Shown piece by piece: positions 38,426 to 59,796 of a stretch of DNA of 64,000 nucleotides. The translations under genes and the position numbers were made by a program. Under the pieces are notes generated by a model that saw only the letters and a program-made list of their open reading frames with translations, had not been told where the DNA came from and searched no databases. The DNA comes from Flaccisagitta enflata (Eukaryota): the NCBI GenBank assembly GCA_965153355.1, contig OZ231126.1, positions 40,362,001 through 40,426,000 on the forward strand, read 5' to 3'. Positions within the stretch are counted from its first letter, which is position 1. Every line of letters begins with the position of its first letter.

Positions 38426-39402
38426 AAAAGGCAAATTGTCATATTGAATTTCAAAATAATCAATTAAAATCTGAGACCATTAGAAAGCTCTTGAAGAGAT
38501 CTTTCATTTTGCTCCAATCTGGCAATTCTAGCTTTACTCATTTAGAAATGGCATAAGAATGAGTAAAAACATTTCCATTATCAGTTTGCAATCCCATTGA
38601 AAAATGAACATTTTTACAAATAAGGAGATAACTTTGACAAGCTCTAGCTCCTAAACCGTTTGAGATACAGATCTAGGATTGGTCTAGAATGAAAGAAAAT
38701 TCAAATCTTTAAAATCACTTCAACAGAAAAATGTTCAAATGATTTTTTTTCTCATTTATCAACTCAAAATAGGGTGCGGCTTTTTTTTTTTTAGTCGAGC
38801 AGTAATTGTCTGATGAATGCAATGAATGTAATAAGAGAGGATGATTAAGTGGCGTTGAATTGTCTGATGAATGCAATGAATGTAATAAGAGAGGATGATT
38901 TAGTGGCGTTGAATCGTTGGATGTATGCAATGTGAGTAATGGGAGAGGAGGAATCAGTGGATAATGTATGCAAAAATGTGTAGGAGGTGAATGTGTGTAC
39001 AGAGCATTGGTTTCAATTTGAAACTCTGTTGCTAGTGGTGGCAGTGATGGTAAATTACCATTTAGAAAAATTAGATACTAATAGTTGTTTTGGTTTTGTA
39101 ATAAGTGTCATCTTGATATTTTCATGTGATTTTGCTGCTTTATGTCAAAACGACATGAAAAAAGGAGTGAGCGTCGAAAAAAGAAACTTCGACATTTTGC
39201 TATCTACAACAGCGGTTTATGGCATTTAAGTCATTGTTGGTGAATAGTAAAAACATTTGAGCGCTTTCCATGTCATCATCGTGTCATCATCATCATCATT
39301 ATCATCATAATCATCATCATCATCTACGTTTGCTCCACCACCCTAATAAAGGTTGAAAAAGACGGAGCGGCAGTGAAGGAGGAAGAAGGATGAGAAGGTC
39401 AA

Positions 39403-40506
39403 CAGTCAGTCCCAATTCCGTATTTATCCATATGATCGTATCTCAACATATTCCGGCGAACCAAAACTTTTTCCATTCGAGCATATTTCGGTATATCGAA
39501 ATATGACTTTCAAAAGTTGGATTTTCTCAGTTGTGGCTCTTGTAAGATCTGAATGACTTACATAGCCGTTTGTCTTGTCTACGGTCTTCAATGATTTTCT
39601 ATTGATTTTGCAGCTTAAATCGTAGGAGAAATTGATTCATGAATGCTGTACCATTCAATCATAGCATTGGCTTTTGTTCAGAGTAAACAATAGCCTGTAC
39701 TGAAATGACAAAAAACAAAAAAATCGAAATTCTCCGAGCAGCTGGAGCTGTCTTGGGCTTCTATTGTTATCATTTTCAGCTTTTTAAGTTTAGATCTTGG
39801 TGGCCGCGCCTTACCTTGAACTTCCCATAGGTCAATAGAAAAACAAAAATTTCAAATTGGTCAAATCATAATTTTGACTGCAGATTTGAAATCTACATTA
39901 AAAACCGTCTGTTGAAAGTGCTTTTCTTTTTTCAAAATTCCTTCGGGATCACTATCAAAATCCATGCTAAATATTTTTAAAAAAGGTAAGTTCAATGATT
40001 TTACAAAGAAATTAAAAGGAAAGGTATATTTCGCAACATTTGACATCACATTTGACCACCTTCTAATTGGAATATCAAAAAAAGGAAAACACTTTCAATT
40101 GTCAGTTTTTTCTGCAGATTTCAAATCTGCAGTCAAAATTGGAATTTGAATACTTTGAAATTTTGGATTTCCTATAGGGGTAGGGTTAATAGAAGGTAAG
40201 GTGCGGCCACCTAAAAGTAGAATTTCAAAGCCAATATTGAATTCAATAGAAGCCTCAGACAGTCCCACAACATGATCTGCTCGGAGAATGATAATTTTAT
40301 TGTTTTTTGTCATTTAGGTACAGGCTAGTAAACAAGATCAGAATTTGGAAACCGCTTTGCTACTTCGTTTTGAGTGGCCAAATAAAAGAGGGAAGACAAA
40401 AGTCATATTTCGATATACCGAATTATGCCCTGATAAACAAAGCTTCTTTATCTCGTAATATGATAAGATACGGTCATATGGATGAATGCGGAATTGGGAC
40501 TGACTG
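39403..40506. mobile_element. Non-autonomous DNA transposon with long imperfect inverted arms and apparent 4-bp TCAA target duplication
   Basis: TCAA|CAGTCAGTCCCAATTCCGTATTTATCCATATGATCGTATC ... GATACGGTCATATGGATGAATGCGGAATTGGGACTGACTG|TCAA. Confidence 0.8.
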
Positions 40507-40709
40507 TCAATGAGGGGAAAGTAAAAGAGAAAGCACGAGACAAAGTGGAAGGTTAGAAAATAAACAACCCAGGAAAAGACTAAGGAAAAAAGAAGAAAAA
40601 CTGAACAGAAAGAAACAAAACTTGTGAGAGGAAAAAAAGGGCAATATAATAGAGGCGAGCAGCAAAGGACAACTCGTAGCTGAGGGAGGAAGGAGGATAG
40701 TCGGAGGTC

Positions 40710-40816
<107 letters not shown>

Positions 40817-41845
40817 TTGTATGTATCAGACTGCATTGCGGGCACAGTATATTGCTTTATGGTAATAATACCGTTCCCTTTCTAGCAATATTTCGATAAA
40901 AACAATAATGGCGTGATTAAATTGGGAAAAGACACCTTACCATTTGTTAGAAGCGTGCTGCGCAACTGTTTCGGTCTCTTTTCTGTCCGTCCATCCGTCC
41001 ATCCCTTCTACCGTCTCTTCGTCTGTCAGTACAACCATCCTTCCATCTATCCGTCAATATTCCGTCCCGCACGCGACTGGGGTAGCCGTGTATCCGGCCG
41101 TTTTTCTCTTTACTCGAGTTCAGCTGAAGATGTTTCAAGTGCAAATAATGTATGATATTTTCCTCCACTTGATGTACCGCAGAAGAAACAATCAACTATC
41201 TGTCATGTTAAAAAGATTGATACTCGCAAGAATTCATGTTGAAAAAATACCGCGCGTTGAAGGAGGAGGTGCTTGAAAAGTCTTGGTAAGTGAAAAATTC
41301 ACAAACCCTGTTTTAGGGTCATTGGTATCTGTAGCAGTATCTGTAGCAGACTGCTAGTAGTATCTGTAGCAGCAGTATCAGTCTTGAATGACAAATGATA
41401 TGCAACCTAGCCTCAGAGCTAAAAAGTGGCTTGTAATGATGAGTTGCTTTTTGGTAAGGGTTGAGATGGATTTTGATAATTCTAAGGATAGTAGTGAGGG
41501 GTGCGCATTAAACTCCAGTAAGAGCTCCCAAGGCTCTTGTCCTTATTTTTTGGTTTTGATGTAATGTTGTCCACTGTCATAGAGCAAGAGACTTGGCCCA
41601 ATCTTCGGTTCTATGTTTTGTCAATAAAACAATCACCAATCCCAATATTGCATTCTTCATGTAACAAACCAATGAACGCAGGGACACATAAAACCCGTTA
41701 TGGAGCCCGGAGCCGCTGCTCAAAAAGTAAAGGAAGAATGAGATAGCATCCTGGCAGAAAATGGGAAAAAGTGAAACCAGAAAAAAAATTGGAATGAAAA
41801 AAATATAAGACAGAACCAGAGTGGTAAAAAGAGAAAATAAATGAG

Positions 41846-41923
<78 letters not shown>

Positions 41924-42955
41924 AAAGAGAGTGGATGGGGGACAGAAATAGACATCAAGACTGCAGGAAAGACTTACTGAATCAAACCAGTCATCCAAGG
42001 ATCCCACATGGACAGCGGTACCCGTTACTCTGCTTGGAGTGATCAAGAGAACAAGTGAACTTTGAGCAGGACAGTGGCTGCAAAAGAGCAATATACTGTG
42101 CTGTTGAACACAGGGGCGAATTTTAAGGAGCTCTGATAGGGTGCTATAAAGATATTGAAGAGGCCAGATTTGAAATGTGGAGGGCGGATTTTAGGTCTAG
42201 GGGGCAAAATTTAGGCTTGGAAGACTGTTTGGAGGCCCGTAGGGCTGATTTTAGGGCAGGTTTGAGTCCTGTAAGGCTGAGCTGAGACCCAGAGAGCTGA
42301 TGGGAGGACTGGAATACTGGCAGGAGGCCAGCAGGGTCAACTCTAATTATTTGAAGGCTCTGAGGACAAATATCAGGCCTGAGAGTGGACGCATTGGCCA
42401 ATGGCAGAGAAGGACAGACAGATGACAGCACAGAAGGATAAAAGGACAGACTTTTGGACATCGGACTTGTGTGACCGCTGTTCATTAGGTGGCAGGCAGA
42501 TTGAGTTTAGATATCGAAGGGAATGAATAGGTGTCTCAGGAAAACATACAGCCAAATCATTCAGGCCAGCAAAAATGATTCACTTGTTTTTTTCTCGCGT
42601 TTCTCCCATCAACCACCCACAACTCTTTCCTTTCCTCAACTAGCTCTGTGACAGGCAGAGATCTGTTTTTTTCACCTAATGTCACATTTTTTCTCAATAT
42701 TGAAACCACCAGAAAAACAAATTCTGCAGAATGTTTTTTTAAATTTTCAGAGGCCTAAAGAAACATACCAAGGAGCCTGAAACAGATTCAATTATCACAA
42801 TATTTCAGGGCTGTATAAAATGGAGTCGCTTTTGATTCCCCCTCCCCCGGCCCCCCACCTTTGATAAAACTATGATTTTCTTCCTCTTAAAGCAATAAAA
42901 CCGTATATTAAAGGTTTAAATTGCGTTGTACTGACCAGGTTTTACGATTTGTTAC

Positions 42956-43009
<54 letters not shown>

Positions 43010-43738
43010 CCATCTCCAAACCCATTCCCCCCCTACGCATACCCCCGTGTACAGGCCTGCCATATTTCTTTTTAGACACGTGCGCGCGACACTATAACCC
43101 GCTATGTCGGTCGGTTGGTCTGTGTGTCCGTCCGCCGGTCGCCCTTAGCTTTTACAGCGTTTTCGGGCGCATTTTGCATAACTGCTCCTGCCCAAATGCT
43201 TAAGAAAGTCTTTTTCATCACCCGCACGCGACTTCGGTAGCCGTGTATCCGGCCTTGTTGAGTTCAATTTCCAGATTTGCAGCAATTGAAAAGAAAATGC
43301 GTAACTCATGGACCGAAAGACGCATAAAGCTTCCTAAGTTTCAGTGAGGCGAAAGTACCCACAGATACAAGAAACACAGAAATGACTGAATGACAGACTT
43401 ACAATCTTTGTTAAAATCTGATATCTGAAATCTTTAGCAAGAATCATTACGCGCACAACAAGCAAACTTTTCCATATTACGTCATCCTGCTTTTGTTAAA
43501 CCAGTTGCATAAGCCTAAAAATGGCAAGTTTGATCCACGTCAAGCTTAATGATTTTATGGCAAGTCAACACAACTCGTAAATTGCTTTTCCAATATACCT
43601 TTGCGCGTGTGTTAACAAGATGTTTTTGAATTTGATGGTCATTGCTAATGACAAGAGGGAAATGTTTTTAAGCAAAACCACTGAAGCCTAACCAGGCAAA
43701 TTATTGAAATAGCAAAAACCACTTTAGCATCAACATGC

Positions 43739-43817
<79 letters not shown>

Positions 43818-43883
43818 CCAAAGCCATAGAAATAGGTGAAACAAATTGACAAAGCAAATGACGAAGCCTTTTCGTTCATTAAT

Positions 43884-43980
<97 letters not shown>

Positions 43981-45279
43981 CTAGACACACACAAAATGCG
44001 CACAATAATTCGTTCCGACAAACCCTTCTAACGAGGTAGAAATGAGAAAACATGTTCACAAAACACAAGCAAAAAGCTCAAAAAGAAATAGAAAGGAATA
44101 AAAGAAGCATGAATTGAAAATAGAATTGAAATTAAATTTGCTGTTCATTTAGTTGGCGCCCGTCGAATTCGTTTGGTACGCCGGGAAACTTCCAATGTTC
44201 GTCTCATAATTCCACTTTCTCTCTGTGTCTCTTAGTCTATCTCAGTGCATACGTATCTGTAACAATCGTCGTTTCTGTTTCTTTTTCGGCAGCCCATATG
44301 GATAACAAGGCCGGATACACGGAAATCCAGTCGCGGACGGTTGGGCAGGAGAAATAATGCGAAAACCGCTCGGAATTCAAAAATGTTACCGACGGACCGT
44401 CCTTCCGATCGACCGACATGGCAAGGTGTAGAGTCGCGTGTCCGCGACTAACAAGTGACGCGGGGTCACAATATCGCTGCGGACGGGTGGGCAGGGGCAC
44501 CAACCCCCATCCACACCCCAACCCACCCCCAGCACTCAAACATATACAAAAAGAATTTAAACGCTCGTTTTCCCACTATTCAAGTATTCAATTTGATGAC
44601 CCCGGACCGACCAATGCAATGGAGCGACGGACTTATGGACCAACGGACCAACGGACAGATGGACGGACGGACAGACAAAGCCTCTTATAGGGTTGCGTGT
44701 CCGCAATTAAAAAGTCCATTAGGGTACACGGTGATATGCATGTCGATACCTCCGTTTTCTCTCAGTCTACCTGTCTGACCATCTGCACATCTCCCAACCC
44801 TTGCTCCCAAAAATCCAGATTCTAGCCTCTTGAAACTAGATTATGACCTCCTAGACTCCGATCCCAGCCTTCAAAACAATACCTGTTTCTCAGTTACCGT
44901 TTCTGTCTGTCTCTCTGTCTCTCTGTCTTGTGTCTGTCACCATTTGACTGTCTAGAAACTTTTCGATGGGAAAAGTGGGGGTGGGACGACTGTTAATGAC
45001 AAAGTCTTAGGGATATTTTCTTCTAGATATTCGGTTTATTTGTGATTTTGCATTGCCTAATCATAAGTCTGAGTTGCATATCCAAAGTTGATACATACCA
45101 ACTCCCCAACACATACTCTCTTGTGAAAATGCGACGACTCAACTGAAAAAAAAATCCCCATTCAATATAAAGTTAATTTTGTGACGATTCTTCAACAAAA
45201 TTAACTCCACCATGTCCTTATTGATTGAAAACAAAGAATTATCGCTCAGCCTTTTTCTCTTTGACTGTCTGTCTGTCTG

Positions 45280-45370
<91 letters not shown>

Positions 45371-45529
45371 ACTCACAACTCACCAGTTGGAGGTAGAGCG
45401 TAGGGGATGCCGAGGTAAGCGTGTACGTTTGCGGGATAAGCGTCAGCAGAGTGGATCGTCAACACACGTCCACGGACTAAACCGGAAGTGGTGTTGACAA
45501 CAGGGTATGGGTCTTCGTACAGGCGCAAC

Positions 45530-45588
<59 letters not shown>

Positions 45589-47613
45589 ATCGATTTGAAA
45601 TGCTTATGGGTCACCCGTTGGTGAGGTGATTAGTTCAAAACAGATTGGTAACTCGATGTCTTTTTGTTACCAATTTGAACAGGTAATGAGCTGGTGATGT
45701 CATGGTTTTTAAATCGACTATCTGTTGTACTTATTGATGCTAGTGGAATATCCAATAGTGATGTTGTGGGTTTTAAACAGACTCAATAATTTATGACCGA
45801 CAATTCTATTAGGTCATCCGTTGTTGATGTCATGGGTTTTAAACTGAGTGGACATCTTGTACATACCGCTTCAATTGGTGATGTGTTGGAATTTAGATTG
45901 TCCCTATGACTTGTACCTATTGATTCTGATGGGTCATCCATTGATGATCTCATTGGTTTTAAACTGACTATATATCTCATCCTCACCCAGCGGGGTATGG
46001 CAGAAAAATGGTGAGGCTGTCAGGTTTTTATCCGTGTCCAACGAAACGTGTGTGGTAACAATGATTTGTCAATATTTCATTAAAACAATGATTTTTTTAC
46101 AAAAAGTGTAACTTTTCTCAGGATTGACTACAATTGTGATTAATTCTTTTGAGCAAATTAAAAAGAATAATTTGTATTCTTCTTGATTGATTTTCTTTTC
46201 ATTTTTTTTTCTTTTTTTTTTTTCTCATTGCATTTGTGTCCAACAGCAAGTCGTGTCACATGAGGGACGTCAGTGGACGTCCCTCCCAATACGTCACTGT
46301 CCTTACCGATTCAAGAGGGTCATCCGTTGGAGATGTCATGGGTTCGAAACTGACTTGAGCCCGTGCCCATGGCCAAATGTGAATGAGAAGGAAGAAAATG
46401 AGACTCATTGTAGATCGCAAAGATGAGACGAACCTGAAATAAATGTTAGGTTAGGTTAGGACTAGGTAAGGTTGTGTAATATCAATCTTCCAGGTCCTGC
46501 CCTCAAAGTCAAATGCCAGTGTGATGCGGAATGGTATGATCATATTTACTATAGTAGAACCCCGCAATATTGAATATTAGGGAGCCAACAATTCTTATCC
46601 ATTATAAGTGGATCTTTTACTTCATAGAAATAAAAAGAAATTGATCTAAGGGGACAAAAAATGTTTTCGTCCATATTGGGTAAGTTTTTGTTACTCTTGG
46701 ATCTGTAATAGCAGGGTGTAACCGCACAAACATCTTTTACTGTTTGACCTTCTTATGCTCGAGCAAGTCAGACGATCAATAAACCAGTCTTTACATAGAT
46801 GCTTGGACGCTTTCAAAACTGATCTTCAAAATTGGCAGTTAAACTAGTTAATAACGAATATACGCAGAATGATGATATTTCAAATTAAGGAGGAATTTTG
46901 ATGGAAACAAAAGCGAAATTAAAACTGCATTGTAAAAGAAAATCATCAAAGGCCAAAGACAAGCTGGAAGAAGTTGTTACAAACGGCAACAATGAAATAT
47001 TCTCCCAACTCCGGACTCGAAAATGGCAATAATGGTATTCGTTGTGTCAGCACAAAAACCGACCCATTCAAAATTTCCAAACTTTTTCTCTCTTCAGGGA
47101 GAAAAAAAAGTGAAAACCAAGAAGAAAATTTCATAAAGCCGGAGGAACTCTGTCACCAGGAAGAGGAAAGAGGTGGAGGAAGGGAAGGAGGAGGAGGATG
47201 AGGAGGAGAAAAGGGATAGAGGATGAGGATGAGGAAGATGCAAAGGAACAGAAGGAGAATCTAGAATGAGAAAAGGAAGAAGGAGGAAAGGGGGGGGGGG
47301 GTTGAAAGGTTAAGAAAAAAGAATTCTCTACCAGAAAGTTGTCACAAACTGGAAAGGAACAGATTGAATTATTAAGTCACGATGCAATTGGAAGAGTATG
47401 AATCAAGGAATAGTTTGGTATATATTCAGGGCCTGTATTTCGGGCAATGCCTGACACGTTAGGACTTCAGAAATGTCACTGCGAGAATCCAGGAACAGTA
47501 AGGCATGGCAGTTAATCGGACACAAATTACGACAAAAATTCAGTAAAGCAGCGCACGAGTTGTACAATGTTCAAAAACAATTTGTGCGCTGCTTCACTAA
47601 CATGGATCAGGTA

Positions 47614-48176
47614 CAGTAGATCTCGTCTAGACTTGAGATAACGGGGGCAAGCATTGTAGGAAAACAAATGAAGCCAGGGGAGCGATATTTGGATCATAGA
47701 CTAATCAAAGGATGATTAATTCCCCATAATAGCTGGTTGCCATGGAAACACATTTCCATGTATTCTCGCTAAAGTATAAATATTTTGAGAGATTTTTTTA
47801 AGGAACATTGCTTAAAATAAAATTTGCTACAACTTTCCCACAGTATGTTCTGTAAGAATGTCGCTCGTTTGGCCGTTGCTAGGGAGAGTATCCATGTGTG
47901 ACAACCCCTAGCAACCGCTAAACGAGCGACATTCTTACAGAACATACTGTGGGAAAGTTGTAGCAAATTTTGTTTTAAGCAATGTTCCCTAAAAAAATCT
48001 CTCAAAATATTGATACTTTAGCGAGAATACATGGAAATGTGTTTCCATGGCAACCAGCTATCATGGGCAATTAAGCATCCCGTTATTAGTCTATGTTTGA
48101 AATATCACTCCCCTGGCTTCATTTGTTTTCCTACAATACTTGCCCCCGTTATCTCAAGTCTAGACGAGATCTACTG
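47614..48176. mobile_element. Near-perfect palindromic Tc1/mariner(pogo)-type MITE, TA target duplication
   Basis: TA|CAGTAGATCTCGTCTAGACTTGAGATAACGGGG ... CCCCGTTATCTCAAGTCTAGACGAGATCTACTG|TA. The arms pair to the centre near 47895. Confidence 0.9.
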
Positions 48177-49185
48177 TACATGATAATTCTTCATGCGAGT
48201 TGCGTGATAAATCTCGTTTGAATAAACCAATTCAAGACCGAGATTGGTCGCGAGAAGTTTCGCAGGGTCCGCTAAGTTTAGAAAACGGCGTTCATTTAAA
48301 GATTGACCCAACGGAAAAAAGACTTTAAACTTACTGATTGGAAGAGCTAGCTACTTGCCGACAAACAGATGCACCTTACTTATTCGGCCGCTTGAATAAA
48401 AACAAGGCCGGATTCGCGGCCAATGAGTACTTTTTAATTAATCGCTTGCATATCTTGTTAATCTACGAACACACCCTCTTGTAGTGTCACTAAGCAAGCG
48501 AAAAGAATGTTCGATACAACTCAGACAGTTGAACCAACTTCCAAGCGTTTTACTACTTAATTACTACTTGTTGCGAGAAAAAAAAACGCCCGAAACTGGA
48601 AGACATGCAAAATGATTGACATTATCATTTATTTGGTAGTGGCTTTATGATCAGACGCCAAATTGGAGAGTAAAGAAAGCCGAAAGAGTGTGTCCCCGAT
48701 ATTGTTGACTTGAAACGTAATTTCACAGTTAGTACAGCCTCTCCACATGTTCAGGGAATAACCATGGGCAAAGAAAAACAAGGCCGGATACACGGCCACC
48801 AGTTGCGGACAGGTGGGCAGGGGCGGAAATGCGTGTTTTCACTCTTTTTGACTCGTGCTCAGCAACGGACCGACCAACCAACGGACAGACGGACGGACGG
48901 ACAAAGCCTCTTATAGAGTTGCGTGTCCGCAACTAAAAACAACAAAAAATCCGCACATGGCATCTTTTGATGCCTTTGATCGGCTTGATTTCGATAAAAA
49001 CACAAAAAATCAGTTACTGTTGGAAAGATATTCAAAAGTTCTTCAAATCTAGACCAAGTAGAAAGTTGTCACTCAATTTGTTTAAAAATGGCAACAATTT
49101 GAAGTGAGCATCATATTAATCTGTCAATTGAAGGGATTCTGTAGTTTTATTTCTGTCGTTGAAAGTACGAAAGACACATTTGATA

Positions 49186-55680
<6,495 letters not shown>

Positions 55681-55691
55681 AAATAAAGGCC

Positions 55692-56390
55692 TTTTGGGCA
55701 GCGGCCCCGAAGGGGCCGATGACCTATGCTTTCACACATAGGGGAAATTTCTCCTTCTCCTTCTTCTCCTCCTTCTCCTCCTTCTCCGTCCACCCCCTTC
55801 GAAGCTCATATCTAAGCCTTGAGGCTCAAATCCCAGCCCTGAGGCCCAAATCTTAGCCTCGAGGCCAATATCCTAGCCTTGTGGCCCAAATTCCCGCCTT
55901 GGGGCTTAAATCCCAGCCTCAAGGCTCAAATCCCAGCCTCGAGCCTCAAATCCCAGCCTTGAGCCTCAAATCCAGCCTCGTGCCTCTAATCCCAGCTGAA
56001 AGGCTCAAATCCCAGCCTTGAGGCTCAAATCCCAGCCTCGAGGCTCAAATCCCATCCTTGAGGCTCAAATCCCATCCTTGAGGCTCAAATCCCAGCCTAG
56101 AGGCTCAAATCTCAGGCCCAAGGCTCAAATTCCAGCCTCAAGGTTCAAATCACAGCCTCGAGGCTCAAATCACAGCCTCATGGCTCAAATCACAGCCGTG
56201 AGGCTCAAATCACAGCCTAAAGGCTTTAATCCTAATGTCTATGCTCAAATTCAAGCCTAAAGCTTCAAAACTTACTAAGCATAGGTCATCGGCTCCTTCG
56301 GGGCCGCTGCCCCTCTCACCATCACACACCCACATTTACTCACATAGGGGCAACGGGTACCGCTGACCATCTAACGCTTTTGCGACTATT
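55692..56390 (-). mobile_element. Family-2 HINE-like element carrying a 21-bp tandem array (~55812-56260)
   Basis: TTTTGGGCAGCGGCCCCGAAGGGGCCGATGACCTATGC ... GCATAGGTCATCGGCTCCTTCGGGGCCGCTGCCC ... GGGTACCGCTGACCAT, with GAGGCTCAAATCCCAGCCTC repeats. Confidence 0.75.
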
Positions 56391-57104
56391 TAAGCATGTA
56401 ATTATGTAATCATCCAGTCATGTAATCATGTGATTATGTAATTATGCAATTATGCAATCATGTAATTATGTATTCATGAAATTATGTAATTATGTAATTA
56501 AGTAATTATGTAATTATGTGATTATGTTATAATGTATTTATGTATTCATTAATTTATAGATTTATGTATTTATGTATTCATGTATTTATGTATTTATGAC
56601 GGCTTCCCTCCGAAGACAACATTTGTGTTTCAAAGGAGATCAAAATAGAAAAAATGTATAAATGAAAATGCAAAAATAAGTGAATAAAGATGATGGAGAT
56701 GGCTCAGATATAATATTTAAAAGAAAAATTTGCATTGATTCAGCAAAAGGACCAAGTTTAGCCAATGTTACCAAAAAAATTACTTTGAAAATTTGTACTT
56801 ATTTTATTTTTGGTCACTGACAGGGGGCTGGTTGAAATTCTAAATTTGCATAGGAAATGAAAAAATGAAAAAACAAAGAACATAGTTCTCTTCTCAAATC
56901 GATTACAGAGAGAACTATGTTTTTCAAAATGCAAAATTTCCCTGTATTTGGCTTTCTTAGAATTTCAACCTCAGAAAATGAAAAAATGTGTAAGCAGAAA
57001 ATCACTAGAAATCATCATTTTCTTGCTTGTTTTATGTGAATCGCATGGTTCAAATGGCATTTTAAGTCAGAATATGATAAAAATGCATGCACCAAGTATC
57101 CTTA

Positions 57105-57694
57105 CAGGGTGTTCAATCTCAAAGTGGGAAAAGTAAAAAGCTTAGATTTCTTAACTCACTTGGGCAGGGATTTCAAACTATTTTTCTCTTGTAGTATTAT
57201 ATTTGACGTTTTTTGTGTACAAATTTTATTGGTCTAGCTCAAATAGTTTGTCCACAACATCAATTTGAAATAAAACTGGTGTTTACAGTTGAGGCTAAAA
57301 AACTCATATTTTTATCAACACCATTTTTCAATATTCTGCCTTTAATTCTCAAACGGCTTGATAACCAGTGCCAGATTGGTCTCAGATGTAAAAATTTTTA
57401 AATTATGCTTCATTTGAGACCAATCTGGCATTAGTAGCTCAATCCGTTTAAAAATTAGAGCAATTTTAAGAAAAACTATCATGATTAAAATGAGTGTTTT
57501 TTAGCTCAAACTTTATATAGTTGCTTCACTTAAAATTGATGTTGTGAACAAACTATTTAGGCTAGACCAATGAAATTTTTATACAAAAAACGTCAAACAC
57601 AATACTACAAGAGAAAAATGATTTGAATTCACTGACTAGCTGCGTTAAGGAATGTAAGCTTTTTACTTTTCCCACTTTGATATTGAACACGGGG
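57105..57694. mobile_element. Palindromic mariner-like MITE, TA flanks
   Basis: TA|CAGGGTGTTCAATCTCAAAGTGGGAAAAGTAAAAAGCTTA ... TAAGCTTTTTACTTTTCCCACTTTGATATTGAACACGGGG|TA. Confidence 0.85.
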
Positions 57695-58316
57695 TAGAGA
57701 CAATTTGTCCACTAGAAGCATTCCAGCTTCATTATTGTCCTGATAATGATGCAAAAAGTATTGTGAAACACTTCATTTTCCTTCATAGATTTTCCGTCTT
57801 ATGTTAGGAAAGTATGACGAAAAAAAAATTTTTCTCCGAAACCACAATTATTGGTATCAATCGATGCAGAATATCAAGGGCTTTCGATTGATACCCCATA
57901 TTGCATATTTTAACTAATTTTCTAACATATTACGCGCTATTTTGATTTTGGCGCCGTTCTAGCGAGGCTGTCACTTGTTTGGATTTAACTTTTTAACTGA
58001 TTGAAATCCGTTTGGCGATGAAAATTCGACTTGGAACATGCTGGGAACCCGTCCAAAATGAGCTTGTCACATCACCCACCTAATACTTCACCACAAAGAC
58101 TCATTTAAGCCGTACATCACCACAACAGTAAAGAACGATGATCCTTTAATCTTCCTCAAAACTGCTAAGTGATGGTGATTTTTAAAACAACGTGGCAACG
58201 TCGAGGGGTGTGGGAAGGGGCAAGCGGTGGGTCGTTGTCTTTTCGGCGTGTTTCTGTCTGTCTGCCTGTCTGTCTGTCTGTCTGTCTGTCTCTGCCGGTC
58301 TGTCTGTCTCTGTCTG

Positions 58317-58383
<67 letters not shown>

Positions 58384-58568
58384 AATGGAACAAGTGACGC
58401 AGGGTCACAATATCATTGCGGGCGGGTGGGCAGGGGCCTACAACCCCCATTCACACCCTCGCCCACCCCAAACACACTCACACGCACGGACTATCACACA
58501 GCAGCGTCTAAAATTCATGTTTTCACATTTTTCAACTCGAACACCGTGTACGTGTGTGTGTGTGTTTT

Positions 58569-58645
<77 letters not shown>

Positions 58646-58661
58646 GTGTGTGTGTGCGTGT

Positions 58662-58704
<43 letters not shown>

Positions 58705-58722
58705 CACATGTGTTTGTATTTA

Positions 58723-58820
<98 letters not shown>

Positions 58821-58924
58821 TGGATGAGCGGGTGCCCTATATTATTCTTATGTCGTTTAGTTAATATCTATTGAGTGTTTGCGCATGGGTATTAGTGTTT
58901 GTGTTTGTGTTGTTGTGACCGATG

Positions 58925-59150
58925 GTAAGGCTACCTGGCGTTCTTTGTATCTCTTTCTTAGCGTTGGCACGTCTTTCTGCGCCTGAGTCACTATTGCACA
59001 GCGTTTCTCGTCACTTTTCGCCGAAAGCCAAACGTGAGTCTTGTTCATTGCAGAAAGAGTAAAGCTTTCGGCGGTCAACGCGCGTACATTTGGCATGTAC
59101 GTCATCAACATCTTCCAGTAGCCGAACATGCGCTCAACAAATATGATGAC
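58925..59150 (-). pseudogene. Probable C-terminal fragment of a DNA-transposase-like protein
   Basis: FVERMFGYWKMLMTYMPNVRALTAESFTLSAMNKTHVWLSAKSDEKR...LRKRYKERQ resembles the ERxF / NKT..WL C-terminal region of hAT-like invertebrate transposases (recognised from memory, not searched). Interrupted by an (AAC)n expansion. Confidence 0.4.
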
Positions 59151-59202
59151 ATTGAAGTATAGAACAGTATGAGAACAATAAAGAGAAAAAAAGCCACTAA
59201 AA

Positions 59203-59796
<594 letters not shown>

